Assembly: GCF_006345805.1 (NCBI RefSeq)
Contig: NC_043002.1
Location: 8,618,001 to 8,682,000 of the forward strand
Direction of reading: 5' to 3'
Source of the DNA: Octopus sinensis
Taxonomy: Eukaryota
DNA: 64,000 bases
The translations under genes were made by a program, and so were the position numbers. Of the stretch, positions 41,491 to 54,299 are shown piece after piece; position 1 is the first letter of the stretch, and each line of letters starts with the position of its first letter. Under the pieces are notes generated by a model. That model was given only the letters and a program-made list of their open reading frames with translations, did not search any database and was not told the origin of the DNA.

Positions 41491-41954
41491 ATATTTGATT
41501 TTTTAAAAATTATCCAGCAGACTGAGTAACACATAGAAGCCCTGCTTGCTGGTTTGCTCTAAAGAGTCTTTTATTGAAAGGCAACTGGAATTATATAAAA
41601 TACATTATGGATGAATAACTTAAGAAGCTGAAGTCATTATTCCGGAAGTGGAATGGTTTCATTCTCAGGGGAAGGCTGAAGCCTTAAAAAGCATTTCCAA
41701 ATCTGGTAACCTACACCAAAGGGAAAGATGGTGTGATGCATGAGATGTGTTCGTGCCAAAAAATAATACAAGACATCTGCAGAAGATTCAGACTTATAAT
41801 CCACAAACCATACTTAATCTGCTCTAAATAGCAGACAAATGTTCCTAAAATAGAACTTTATCCATTTTGAAGAAAGAAAATGCATTGGATAATAGGATGA
41901 TATGATTGGAAAGGAAAGATGTCATAGTCATGGTTGGAATGTTTTTGATCATAT

Positions 41955-42229
41955 AGCACCACCTTGACTAGCTTCCGTGCTGGTGGCACATAAAAAGCAC
42001 CAACTGATCGTGGCCGCTGCCAGCCTCCCCTGGCACCTGTGCCGGTGGCACGTAAAAAGCACCCACTACACTCACAGAGTGGTTGGCATTAGGAAGGGCA
42101 TCAAGCTGTAGAAACTCTGCCAGATCAAGACTGGAGCGCCTGGTGCAGCCTCCTGGCTTCCAGATCCCCAGTCAAATCGTCCAACCCATGCTAGCATGGA
42201 AAACAGACGTTAAACGATGATGATGATGA
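41955..42229 (+). mobile_element. RTE 3' UTR copy
   Basis: Modules, shared 3' end, tail. Confidence 0.85.
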
Positions 42230-42821
42230 TAGCGGCTCAATCAAAGCTAAACAACAACTCAAAATTAATGACGGGGCAATGCACTTAGTTATTCAATCAT
42301 GATGATGATGAGGTTAGGTCTTTAATTTTTCACTAAGAAAAGAACAGTTTCTTCATGATTTTTTATACCATAAGAAAGAAAAATTTCTCACAAATCCAAT
42401 ATTGTCACTTCTAAATCTAGCCATGATATGGTGAAAAATTGCAAAGTCAATAATGGAGATTGTACTACCATAGCTGCTCATGTAGTATTAATGCATACTG
42501 ACGCTACTTGGCAACCTGACGTATTCCCACATGGAGAGAGGTCAAACAGAATATGACGCCAAGGCTTCAAATATTGATTTTGAGCTAGAATTTCAAGAAA
42601 TGGATGAATTAATTGGTAAGCAAACATATTTCTATGGAAAAATGCACTAAATTGAGCAATATAAGTTTTTTACAGCCCAAAATTAGCATGGAATCATCAC
42701 ATTGAGAATGTTGTTTATTCCCTCTCACTGTGTTAACATTTGGTAAGTGATGTCCAAATTTTACCAAGCAGGGTTTTTTGTACATGTGAATTTTTTCTCT
42801 GAGAAATATTGATAAAATTTT

Positions 42822-43290
42822 CATCATCATCATCATCGATTAACATCCATTTTCCGTGCTAGCATGGGTTGGATAGTTCGACCGGGGTCTGGGAAGCCAG
42901 GAGGCTGCACCAGGCTCCAGTCTGATCTGGCAATGTTTCTACGGCTGGATGCCCTTCCTAACGCCAACCACTCCGTGAGTGTAGTGGGTGGTTTTTACAT
43001 GCCACCGGCACAGGAGCCAGGGGAGGCTGGCAGCAGCCACGATCGGTGGGGCTTTTTACATGCCACCGGCACAGAAGCCAGTCAAGGCGGCGCTGGCATC
43101 GGCCACGTACAGATGGTGCTTTTTACATGCCACTGGCACAGGTGCCAGGGGAGGCTGGCATCAGCCACGATCGGTTGGTGCGTTTTACGTGCCACCGGCA
43201 CAGAAGCCAGTCAAAGCGGTGCTGGCATCGGCCATGTTCGGATGGTGCTTTTTCTGTGTCACCGGCACTGGTATCACAACTACAATTTGT
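42822..43290 (-). mobile_element. RTE 3' UTR copy with A-B-A-B module array
   Basis: Five core repeats spaced 62-67 bp apart. Confidence 0.9.
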
Positions 43291-44431
43291 TAATAAAAAT
43301 TATATTGTGAAATGAATATTATTTTGTAGACTATTAAAGTGCAATATGATGGGGTTTTTTTCTTTCTGATTTAAATACAGTCGGATAATTTGTGGTAGTG
43401 CTTACATTTTCACAAGTGCTCATTCATCTTGTTTATTTTTCCTCTCTCTCATTCTCTCTCCCTCTCTCTCTTTCCTACTAATGATGTTTTTAATATCAAA
43501 GCAAGGAATTAGTCTTCACAGTCTGTTTTTTAATCTAAGTCAACATACAATTCTGAGAAAGGTAGCAGATGGCGGTTGGACATGCTAGAAACAACAGCTA
43601 AATTTCTCTTACATCACACACACCTTCTCATCTGAAAATATTTTGAAAATTTAGGTTTTTTTTTTAACTGGAAATGCTTCTCCCATCGTTTTTAAGTGTG
43701 TAGTGCAAAAAAAAAATTATCCAAAATTGGTTCAGAGGATGGTAGTGAAGGAGAGGGGTTAAAAGAAGGGGGTGAAAAATAATCATAAATTTTCAAAAAA
43801 CATTCTTCATAAAAAGCTTCCCCCATCATTTCCAAGGTTGTGGTGAAAAAAAAATTGAAAAAATTTGTCAAAACAGAGAAAATCCAACTTATATCAGTAT
43901 TCTGATCTGAAACTCCACCATTTATAGCCATTCTTAATAATCCATTAAAATTTTATTGAAATGTATCAAGTTCCAAACTTTCAGGATTTATTTAGTTCTA
44001 TACCTACAACAAATGGGCCAAACCTCAAGTCCTTGTGCCTTGTACTTTTGGATATAGCTAGGTCTCAAAAAACACTGTGAAATCAACTGTATTTTACATA
44101 CATATTTTACAATTTTTTGTTAGAATTGCCAAAAAGAGTGTTTTATTTTCAGGAATCAGGAAAAAAATAATAAGCAACTGCTATACTGTGGACATTATTA
44201 ATTTGTGTAATATGAAGATGATTATCACTTCAGCTTGAAAGATATGACATCACAAATATGGCCAATTATTCATTTAGGCTAATTAGGTAAGATTTTGATC
44301 AATTTGCTGACCATTCAAATTGTTATATATCCTAAAATATTCAGCTAAATTTCACAAAAGAAGTATCAAAATGTGCTCTCCAAGTAAAAAAAACCTATAC
44401 TATTAGATATTTTCAAAAATTCATAGTGATA

Positions 44432-45425
44432 AATGCCTGGGGGGGAAAACTAGAAGTAGTTGATAGCTTCTGTTACCTAGGTAACCAAGTCAGTAGTGGG
44501 GTGGATGCTCTGAAAGCATAGCTACTAGAATAAGAATAGCCTGGGCAAAATTCAGAGAGCTCCTAGCTCTGCTGGTAACCAAGGGCCTCTCACTCAGAGT
44601 GAAAGGTAGACTGTATGATGCATGTGTGCGAACAGCCATGCTACACAGCAGTGAAACATGGGCTGTGACTGCTGAGGACATGCAAAAGCTTGAAAGAAAT
44701 GAAGCTAGAATGCTCTGCTGGATGTGTAATGTCAGTGCGCACACACATGACAGAGTGTAAGAACCCTGAGAGAAAAGTTGGACATAAGAAGCATCTGATG
44801 TGCAAGAGAGACAACTGCACTGCTATGGTCATGTGTTGCATATGGATGAGGAGAGCTGTGTGAAGAAGTGTCACACTCTAAAGTAGAGGGAACCTGTGGA
44901 AGACATGGAATGAGGTGGTGAAACACGACCTTTGAATGCTAGGCCTCACAGAGGCAATGACAAGCGACTGAGACCTTTAGAGGTATGTGGCGCTTGAGAA
45001 GACCCAGCAAGCCTAGTGAGTTCATAGCTGTGGCCGATGCCAGTGTCGCATAATGGGCTCATTTAAAAGTACCCTTCAATCGTTGGGCAATATACTGTGC
45101 TTGAGAAGATCTGTTGAATCCAGTGAAACTGTAGTTGTGGCTGATGCCAGTGCTGCCTGACTAGCACCTGTTCCGGTGGCACTTAAAAGCACCATTTGAG
45201 CGTGGCTGATGCCAGTTCAACCTGACTGGCTCCCTGTGCTGGTGGCACATAAAAAGTACCCACTACACTCTCAGAGTGGTTGGCATTAGGAAGGGCATCC
45301 AGCTGTAGAAACCTTGCCAGAACAGATTGGAGCCTGGTGCAGCCTCCTAGCTTGCCAGTCCTCAGTCAAACCATCCAATCCATACCAGCATGAAAAGCGG
45401 ATGTTAAATGATGAGGATGATGATA
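44432..45425 (+). mobile_element. 5'-truncated RTE-clade LINE: RT C-terminus plus 3' UTR and (GAT)n-type tail
   Basis: Decayed frames LEVVDSFCYLG, TRIRIAWAKFRELL, LSLRVKGRLYDACVRTAMLHSSETWA, TWNEVVKHDL, followed by the 3' end shared with ~29 other copies. Confidence 0.9.
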
Positions 45426-46019
45426 AATGTTTATGAACAGTTATCATTCATGAAATCAGCAACAACATTCCACACACACACATACAACGATGCTGAGATA
45501 CTGTTCATACAACAACGATAATTAAGTCATCCACTTTGACAGTAGCAACTCAGACATTTGAATTACATCATCACTGACCAGCTTCATCTGAAGCAACAAG
45601 CTAACATAACAACAGTATTCTATTGCTGACAATCCTATCTTACTTTTTCAAATAAAGTGTCTCCAAGACATTAATTGATGATGATGTGGCCTACCTTTTT
45701 GAAGACTGTCAGGTGCAATTTCTAGCATGACAAAAGACAACAAAGATGTTCTCCTTGTTGGCTTTTCCTAATTTATGTTGAATATTGAGGTAAGTAGTCT
45801 AGTGAATCCTATTCCTTTCATGTTCGTGTTCAAGTAATGATAAGGATATGCTGTCACAAGAAAAGACCTTCATTAATAATGAGGGCTAACATTTGGAGTG
45901 ATTGTGAGGACACAAATAGTGTGCTGTCATAAATTAGGGTGATCAAAATGCAATGTTTGCTTGTTATAAAATGTACTTGCATTTTTGTCATTGCTGTTGA
46001 AAGAGGATACTTTCAAGGA

Positions 46020-46275
46020 CATCATCATCATTTAACATATGTTTTTCAAGTTGGCATGGAAACTGAAAAACATCTTGATTGAAAACTGGTAAGCTAGGGA
46101 GCTGTACCAAATTCCAATCTGATTTGGCATGGTTTCTACAGCTGCATGCCCTTCTTAACACCAACCACTCCAAGAGTGCAGTAGGTAATTTTTATGTGCC
46201 ACCAGCATGGGTGCCAGGTACGAAATTCCAGCATCAGCCATGACTACAATCTCACCTGGCTTGAGACCTGTCATG
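46020..46275 (-). mobile_element. Degraded RTE 3' UTR copy
   Basis: Diverged shared 3' end. Confidence 0.7.
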
Positions 46276-46339
46276 CCCATATATTTTCACACATCTGCCA
46301 TTCAATTTGGATCTTTTAATAACACCATCCCTTCGTATA

Positions 46340-46541
46340 CAGGGTGTCCACAAAGTCTGGGTACATGGAGATTAACACATACTTTAAGAAATTATTATTT
46401 CTTATATCTATTTCTTTATGTTATGATTTTATTTACTCCATGTACCCACATGGGGATTAACACGTACTTTAAAAAATTATTTCTTATGGTTAATGTTATG
46501 ATTTTATTTACTCCATGTACCCAGACTTTGTGGACACCCTG
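46340..46541. mobile_element. Tc1/mariner-type MITE
   Basis: Perfect ~31-bp TIRs cagggtgtccacaaagtctgggtacatggag / ctccatgtacccagactttgtggacaccctg; TA duplication on both sides. Confidence 0.92.
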
Positions 46542-46879
46542 TAGAATGGTCACTGAATTGCAATGGCTGTTAAGTGAACATGTTGTGTTACATATGCATG
46601 TGCAGCCTGCCTTTCTATCATGTTGGGCCTAGGACTAAAAAAGACTTCCAAGATGTACCTAGATGTGGGGGAAAGTGTGTGTTGGCTTAACTAAGGAAGA
46701 TTAGTAATCTCAGCTCCTGGCATGAAACCAACTGTTAAAGTGGCTGATATGGAAATATAATTTGGTATTTTTTTAATGCAGTCGGATAATTTGTAGTAGT
46801 GTTTACATTTTTACAAGTGCTGATTCATTTTGTTTATTTTTTTCTCTCTCTCTCTCCTGCTAACAAGTTTGCTGTAAAT

Positions 46880-46995
46880 TACAGATGTTTTCAACAATCT
46901 TAATGTTGAGTTTGGTCCCCTTCGGAACTTTCCTAAATCTACAGGCTAGTTCTCCATGGGCTGTGGCATCTGCAAACATCACTCCTTGATATTTG
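46880..46995 (-). mobile_element. Inverted, diverged copy of the start of the Penelope fragment
   Basis: Reverse complement matches 47420-47530. Confidence 0.8.
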
Positions 46996-47239
46996 TTGTT
47001 CACAAGAACTCAGCTTTGTTACACAACATGAAAATTAACATACTGATAACAGACTTAGGACAATGAACGTGTCCCCACTATGCAAAACCTATGAAATGAA
47101 AAAACATATACACAACTTCATGCACCACATGCAATTCTCTGGATATGATCAGGAAGATGGGGTTTGAGTATACAGGTGTGCTAGAAAAAAATTAGATAAA
47201 TTATATGTAATGATACCAGTGATACCTGCCCTAAATATA

Positions 47240-47385
47240 GAAATAAAAACTATGTGTGTGTGTCTGTATGTGCATCACTAAAGCTTAAGAACTACCCAAC
47301 CAATTTCATTCAAATTTTACACATGCCTTACTTAGGATCCATGCAGTGTCATGGGCCAAAGAAGTTTTCAACTTCTTGCCTGACA
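47240..47385 (+). mobile_element. Helentron/DINE-1-like non-autonomous element
   Basis: (tg)n tctgtatgtgcatcactaaagc..aactacccaaccaatttcattcaaattttacac resembles the DINE-1/HINE core. Confidence 0.55.
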
Positions 47386-47419
47386 AAGCAAGCAGGGGAA
47401 ACACGTGGTATAAAACCAA

Positions 47420-47942
47420 CAAATAGCAAGGAGTGATGTTTGTAGAGGCCACAGCCCATGGAGAACTAGCCTGGAGATTTAGGACAGCTCTGAAGGAGAC
47501 CAAACTCAACATTAAGATTGTTGAAAAGCCAGGGAACTCTGTCAGGTCGCAATTATGCAGGATGTACTCCTTTGAGAAAACCACATGCACCAATGATAAC
47601 TGCATGGCATGTAGGATTAGCCCTGGCATTAACTGTAGAACTAGAAATGTAGTTTACAGCATAAGATGCATAGAAGGTGCTTGTAAAGACATGAACATGA
47701 CGTACATAGGGGAGACATCTAGGAGCACTGCGGAATGACTAAATGAACATTTGAGACAATATGATGACAAAAAACAGTCCTCCATACTCTACCAACATGT
47801 CAAGGACCAACGTGGAGGAAACCTGGGTCAACTTGACATCTACATCTTATCCAAGCACCCAAAGGACCCAACACTCAGACAAATACAGGAGTATGTCGTC
47901 ATAAATGAAACTTCCCCAATTCTAAATAGGAAATATATGTAG
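47420..47942 (+). mobile_element. Penelope-like (Neptune-type) GIY-YIG endonuclease remnant
   Basis: CTNDNCMAC..CRTRNVVYSIRC..YIGETSRSTAE*LNEH..HVKD..LRQIQE; one in-frame stop. Confidence 0.88.
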
Positions 47943-48026
47943 TGGTTATCATACCCCCATAGCCACAGTTTATACAGGTAGAATAGTTAGTGGGCTGTTA
48001 CATAGATAGATATGTGTGTGTGGGTG

Positions 48027-48063
<37 letters not shown>

Positions 48064-48064
<1 letters not shown>

Positions 48065-48230
48065 CATCATCATCATCATCATTTAGCGTTTGCTTTCCAT
48101 GCTAGCATGGGTTGGACGGTTCAACTGGGGTCTGTGAAGCCAGAAGGCTGCATCAGGCCCAGTCTGATCTGGCAGTGTTTCTACGGCTGGATGCCCTTCC
48201 TAACACCAACCACTCCGTGAGTGTAGTGGT
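48064..48230 (-). mobile_element. RTE 3' end
   Basis: Shared 3' end. Confidence 0.85.
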
Positions 48231-48609
48231 TGGCGTATATATATATATATGGTTGGCATATATATATGTATATGCACATGTATATAAGCATATGGATATG
48301 AAAGTAAACAGACAGACATACAGACGGATAGGTACATAAGTTATATGAACAAACAAGCACACATACACATACATACACAAATGAAGACTGAAACACATGA
48401 CCATATATACACACTTCAGTTCACACAAGGACATATATGGAGACACAAGTCCACACATATGGAGTTATATATATAGCTACATACTGAAAGTAATTGAAAT
48501 CGAAAGCATATAATAGTGAAAGTATTAATGGAGATGTTATTGTTTCACTTTTGAGATGTAATACTGAAACAGTGTAAGAGATAAAAGATTGCTCTGGGCT
48601 CACATTAAG

Positions 48610-48742
48610 CAAGAAGTTGAAAAGTTTTTGGCCTATGACACAGCATGGATCCTAAGTAAGGCAAGTGTAAAGTTTGAATGAAATTGGTTGGGTAGTTCTC
48701 AAGTTTTAGTGATGCACATACACACACACACACACACACATT
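48610..48742 (-). mobile_element. Inverted second copy of the same element
   Basis: Reverse complement of 47250-47379. Confidence 0.6.
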
Positions 48743-48757
48743 CTCAGTTATATATAT

Positions 48758-48883
48758 ATAGTTTTTAAAAAAAACTGAAGATTAAAAATTTTTTTACATA
48801 CAAAATTTAGAGGATTGACCACTAAAATCCTCTATATTTTGTGTGTAAAAAAATTTTTCATCTTTGGATTTTAAAAAAAATAT
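48758..48883. repeat. Foldback containing an internally deleted relative of the 5621-5854 palindrome
   Basis: caaaatttagaggattgaccactaaaa (48801-48827) identical to 5620-5646, joined to tcctcta.atttt; imperfect outer arms. Confidence 0.85.
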
Positions 48884-49409
48884 GCTAGGCCATTGGTTTT
48901 AATTGATTAATATCAATTTCTACCCTTATTTAATTTCATATATATATATATATATCATCTCACACATACACATACACACAGATACATGCATACATACACA
49001 TGACAACCTAACTCCCAATCATCCGATATAGACAATCGCAAGAACTGGTCTCTGCCAGAATCACCTTAGCTTTCCTTGTAATGGTAATTTTAAGAACATC
49101 ATTATATTGGCATTATTCCCTCCTCTATATAACCAACAGCAGTCTAAATTGGAAATCAATAAATTTGGTCTTATTTCAGATATTCCACCTCTTGATTTTC
49201 AAATCAATGATCTGTTTTTTTGGCTTTGGTACTGCCACAGAGTAAAAAAAAGTCTCCCAATAACAGCATTATTTACTATAATGTTTGAAAATGTGCACAG
49301 GTGTGTAAATTTTCAAATATACAAGAGGTGGGCAAGTGAGTGAGTAAGAGATAGAGAGAGGGAGTGTATATGTGTGTGTGTATACAACTATATGATTATA
49401 TATGTAATG

Positions 49410-49525
49410 AAACTCTGACAGATCAAGATTGGGGCCTGGTGCAGCCATCTGGTTTGCCAACCCTCAGTCAAAATCGTCCAACCCATGCTAGCATGGAAAA
49501 CGGACGTTAAATGATGATGATGATG
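49410..49525 (+). mobile_element. RTE 3' end, short
   Basis: Shared 3' end and tail. Confidence 0.8.
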
Positions 49526-50117
49526 TGTCTGTATAGATAGGTATGTCAAATAAACAGATTAATGTATGTATATATGATTCCCTGTCTAGGTAACCCTATG
49601 ACAAACCTTTGACATGCCAAAAAAAAACCCAGTCATTTGGGAGTCACCAGCACATGTAATACAAGCATGTGTATGTGAGAGAGGGGGAAAGGGAGAGGAA
49701 GGAAGGGAAAGAGAGATGGAGAGAGAGAGCGATTTTGTGTACGTGTTCATTTTCATTCATTATGTGTAGAGATGCTGAAACAGCAGTGTAGGCAATTGAA
49801 TTTCTATTGCTTTATAATTACTACAGAATTACAGTGAAACACACAAACACACACAATAGTTAGCTTTACTCTTTTCTTTTCTTTCAGTTTTAGTATAATT
49901 AGATACACAAGAGAACGTGTGTGCATGTATGTGTGTATATATATGTGCATATGCTATATTTATTATCTTGGAGAGAATGGTAGCTAGTTTCAAATATTGT
50001 ACTGTTCGTGAAAGCCAAAGCGAAAGTAGGAAGTTGTGATGTCATTATTTAATGAACAGTAATCTTTCATTATTGTTGCTGTTGTTTTTCCCTTTCCTTT
50101 GCTCTCTCTCTCTCTCT

Positions 50118-50151
<34 letters not shown>

Positions 50152-50388
50152 CAATATATATATGAATTAGTAATATTTGTAGAGACAAATTAGCTTGGAT
50201 TACTGCCAAACATTTTGCTCTGAGTGTGAAAAACTTGGTAGAATTTGGCATAACTACAGAAGAGAAAGGTAGATAAAACATTTCTAAAAGATAGTAAAAG
50301 ATAAAACTCATCATTATCTTCATGACATAAATAATTGGTGTAGAAATCAAATTGAAACTATATTGCATATCATCCTTCATCTTATTCC

Positions 50389-50630
50389 TTAACCCTTTTG
50401 TGGGGCAATATTTATAATGGAATACACTGCCCTTAAGTTTTGATTAATTTTGAAAAGAATAAAGAATTTGGAAGGATTTCGTAAAACAAGGAACATTTTC
50501 ATTAAACTGATGTTTGAAAAGAAACATTTCTAAAAATAGAATTATGACGATGGATGATTAATTTAAATATCAACATTTTAATCGAGATTTTGTGACAGGC
50601 TTAGTTTAGGAGGGGTTGGTATCAAAAGGG
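50389..50630. mobile_element. Degenerate piggyBac-like MITE
   Basis: ttaacccttttg ... tatcaaaaggg termini. Confidence 0.45.
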
Positions 50631-51336
50631 AATGGATATTTTTATGTGGTGGAATGAGATCGGACAAAATATTGCAATTACTGTATGATGTGTTAATATG
50701 GATAAGATGTTATAATTAGGATTATATAAAACCTGTAAACTCATATGATAACAAGAAAGAACCACATAATCTTATGAGCCAATGAGGAAGCCTCTATGTG
50801 GTCATGCAACTTGCTAGAAATAACAACAAAATATTACTCATGCCACACCCTACATCCTTAAAAATGGAGGAAGAAGGAGTAATTAGGTAATTAGGTAATG
50901 TAATTCTAAAATTACATTAGATAATGTAATCCTATATCCAGAAAAAATGTGATGGTCGCAGCTACAATGGTAACCAGTGGTTAAGCACCAACACCCACTC
51001 AACCTTATACAATTAGCCCAACTGACATATTCTAAGAAAGTCAAGGTTCCTGATTGCTACTGAAATGGCGCTAGAAAAACTGTGAGATGATCTGAAATGA
51101 AAACTTTTGAGCCAAGTAGCTCACTAATGAATCCACTCAGTCATTTAACAAGCAAACAACTTCATAATGCCCAAAACTAGATTTACATAGAAGAGGCTCT
51201 ACTGGAGCAACTTCACCCTTCACTTGATCTATCTATCTATCTACCTACCTACTAAGTATATATATATTAGAAATAGAGAATAAACAAGCAAAACATGTGG
51301 TATCACTTTAGAGCATTTGATTTATAATTTAAACAT

Positions 51337-51726
51337 ACTCTTTTACTTGTTTCAGTCATTTGACTGCGGCCATGCTGGAGCACCGCCTTTAGTCGAGCAA
51401 ATCGACCCCGGGACTTATTCTTTTGTAAGCCCAGTACTTATTCTATCGGTCTCTTTTGCCGAACCGCTAAGTAACGGGGACATAAACACACCAGCATCGG
51501 TTGTCAAGCAATGCTAGGGGGACAAACACAAACATACACACCCACATATATATACATATATACGACAGGCTTCTTTCAGTTTCCGTCTACCAAATCCACT
51601 CACAAGGCTTTGGTTGGCCCGAGGCTATAATAGAAGACACTTGCCCAAGGTGCCACGCAGTGGGACTGAACCCGGAACCATGTGGTTGGTAAACAAGCTA
51701 CTTACCACACAGCCACTCCTGCGCCT
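51337..51726 (-). mobile_element. SINE family 1
   Basis: Reverse complement, full length. Confidence 0.9.
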
Positions 51727-52338
51727 ATAGTGTGAAATAGTTATAGTAAATACATAAAGTCTTCTACAGCTGTTTCTAGAATAGCTAAGCATGTGGAACA
51801 TATGTTATCAAGCAATGATTTCCTTATAAGCCAACTATTCCATCATTGGAATGAGAAAAAATAAATAAAGAATAGCTTTAATCAAGGATATTAGTTACCT
51901 TTTTGCTGAAGAACTAGGGAGTGTCCAAAGATAATAGTAATTGGTAATTCCAAGATCAAAGAATTAATGAAATCCATAGTAAAAGATAAAATCCATTTGC
52001 AGTTCCCTTGTTGAAGTATCAAGGAAAACCCGAGATAAAAAATGATAGAAGTTATTAGTTTCATCCCTTCAAAGGGGACACAGGCTGGATTTTACCCTAC
52101 CTACATAATAAATATGTAATTGTTGTTTTAACATCCGCTTTATCACTCTTGAATGGATCGCACAGAATTCATTGACACAGACCTCTTATGAGTGGATGCC
52201 CTTTCTGTCACCATCCCTCATCTGGTGACAGATGCATATCTAACAGTGTGCAGTCAATGCAGCTGAAATGTGCATAGGTCCAGAAAAGAATGCTGTAAAT
52301 AACTGGTTAATAAAATTATAGATGTGGAAAATCTCCAT

Positions 52339-52619
52339 TCATCATCATCATCATCATCAGTGTTTAACGTCCATTCTCCATGCTGGCATGGGTTGGACAG
52401 TTCGACCGGGGATCTGGGAAGCCAGAAGGCTGCACCTGGCTCCAGTCTGATCTGGCAGAGTTTCTACAGCTGGATGCCCTTCTTAACGCCAACCACTCCG
52501 TGAGTGTAGTGGGTGCTTTTTACATGCCACCGGCACAGGTGCCAGACAAGGCTGGCAACGGCCACAATCGGTTAGTGCTTTTTACATGCCAATCTCCCCA
52601 TCATTATTAATACTGTATG

Positions 52620-52658
<39 letters not shown>

Positions 52659-52950
52659 TTGTCATCATCGTCGCTTAACGTCCCCCTTCCATGCTGGTAT
52701 GGTTGGGATGGTTTGACAAGAACCGGCCAAGCAGAAGCCTGCACCAGACTTCTATAACTCTTTTGGCAGGATTTTTATAGCTGGATGCCCTACCTATCAC
52801 CAACCACTCAGCAGAGTGGACTTAGTGCTTTTTACATGGCACAAGCCCAGGTAAGGTCAGTTTTGGCAAGGTTTTTACAGCTGGATACCCTTTCAAATGC
52901 CAACCACTTTACAGTGTGGACTGGGTGATTTTAAGTGGCACCTACACTGA
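52339..52950 (-). mobile_element. Two RTE-type 3' ends, the second a diverged subfamily
   Basis: 52339-52595 and ~52655-52950. Confidence 0.8.
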
Positions 52951-53639
52951 TGGGGTCACAAAGTACTTGTAAGACGAAAAAAATATCTTTTGAGAGGGGA
53001 GGGGACATTGGAGGAGGTGATCTTGTGTCGGATGATGAAAGGTTAGAGACAGAGATACAGAAACAGATAGAGGAGGTACTAGGTTACCCGGCTGGGTCGG
53101 GAATGGGTGGAGAGAGGAATCAAGAATGAAGACAGAAACATGTGCACTGCTGTGAAAGAAATACATGGTTACCCAACTTGAGGGAAGTGCAGGAGAAGGA
53201 GAGAGAGAGTGGGAGACAGCAGGATAGAGATGGTGGCAAAGATCCAGGCATACTCACAAGGGACAGGAATCTGAATATAAATGGAATGGTTAAGTAAAGG
53301 AAGAGGGAGATATGGATGGTGGCAAGAGCCAGGGCATACCCTTGATGTTTGAATATCATGATATAAGTGGCAGGATATTGCGAAGGAAGTTGTGATTAAA
53401 GAGTGCAGAGATGGAGAGTGAGTCAGAAAAACCTGGGCATGTATAGAGTCGGTGGGGCTACTGGATAGCAATAATACAGAGGAATAGGGCTGTGAGGACA
53501 GGATTGGGAGTAGGAGGTAACCATAGTGCATGAAGTGGAAATGTGAGGAAGAGATGTAGTTTTGTTTGTTGTGGTGGAGTGTGTGAGAAGTTTTCTTGTT
53601 AAGTGTGGGTGGGACACACAGCACTTCTAGAACTCAGCT

Positions 53640-53752
53640 TCATATCACCAGACATCGCAATCCATTGTCATTTCCTCTGTGAAGCCCAGCATCTTGAGAT
53701 CAGTCCTTACCACTTCATCCCATGTTTTCCTGGGTCTTCCTCTTCTGCGAGT
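53640..53752 (-). mobile_element. RTE LINE RT C-terminal fragment
   Basis: RGRPRKTWDEVVRTDLKMLGFTEEMT. Confidence 0.8.
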
Positions 53753-54299
53753 ACCAGATAGATGGATAGATGGATGGATGGATGGATGGAAACATTATAG
53801 ATGTCACATAATGTATGTTTTGGTTAAACACCTTTTGACAGCAGTATTTCATCTACGTAAAGCCCCTTCAAGACATATAGTGTTGAAAAACACTGTATAC
53901 TTCAAAACCAAACCAAGTGAAACAAATTGCCTTGTAGGTGAATGAGGATGGTAGATATATATATATACTTGAGTAATCCTTGAAACAAATTCAAACCATT
54001 GGTCTCGGTATATGCAGGTAGCATAAAATTGATCTTTAGGTGTGCAACAGTGCCATGCAAGCAAAAAATCTTACACTATTTGCATCTACCTCAGACCACT
54101 GATTAGAATTCATTTTGAAGGTGACTCAAGTATACATTACTGATGAGGCCGAAATAACAGTGAAATACCTATGTCTACCATTCTCATTCATCTACAGGAC
54201 AATTTGTTTCACCTGATTCTGAGGTGGACAGTGCTTATTAACACTCTACATCCTAAAAGGACTTCTGGACAAAACATTGCAACCGAATAGTGTTTTTAT

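Noticed and set aside
42975-43270. Repeat-spacer pattern resembling a CRISPR array
   Set aside because: Linkers recur within and between copies, the array lies in a LINE 3' UTR, the DNA is eukaryotic and no cas genes are present.
52950-53620. Purine-rich block with 151-aa and shorter minus-strand ORFs
   Set aside because: Probably an old LINE remnant, but no diagnostic motif could be read.
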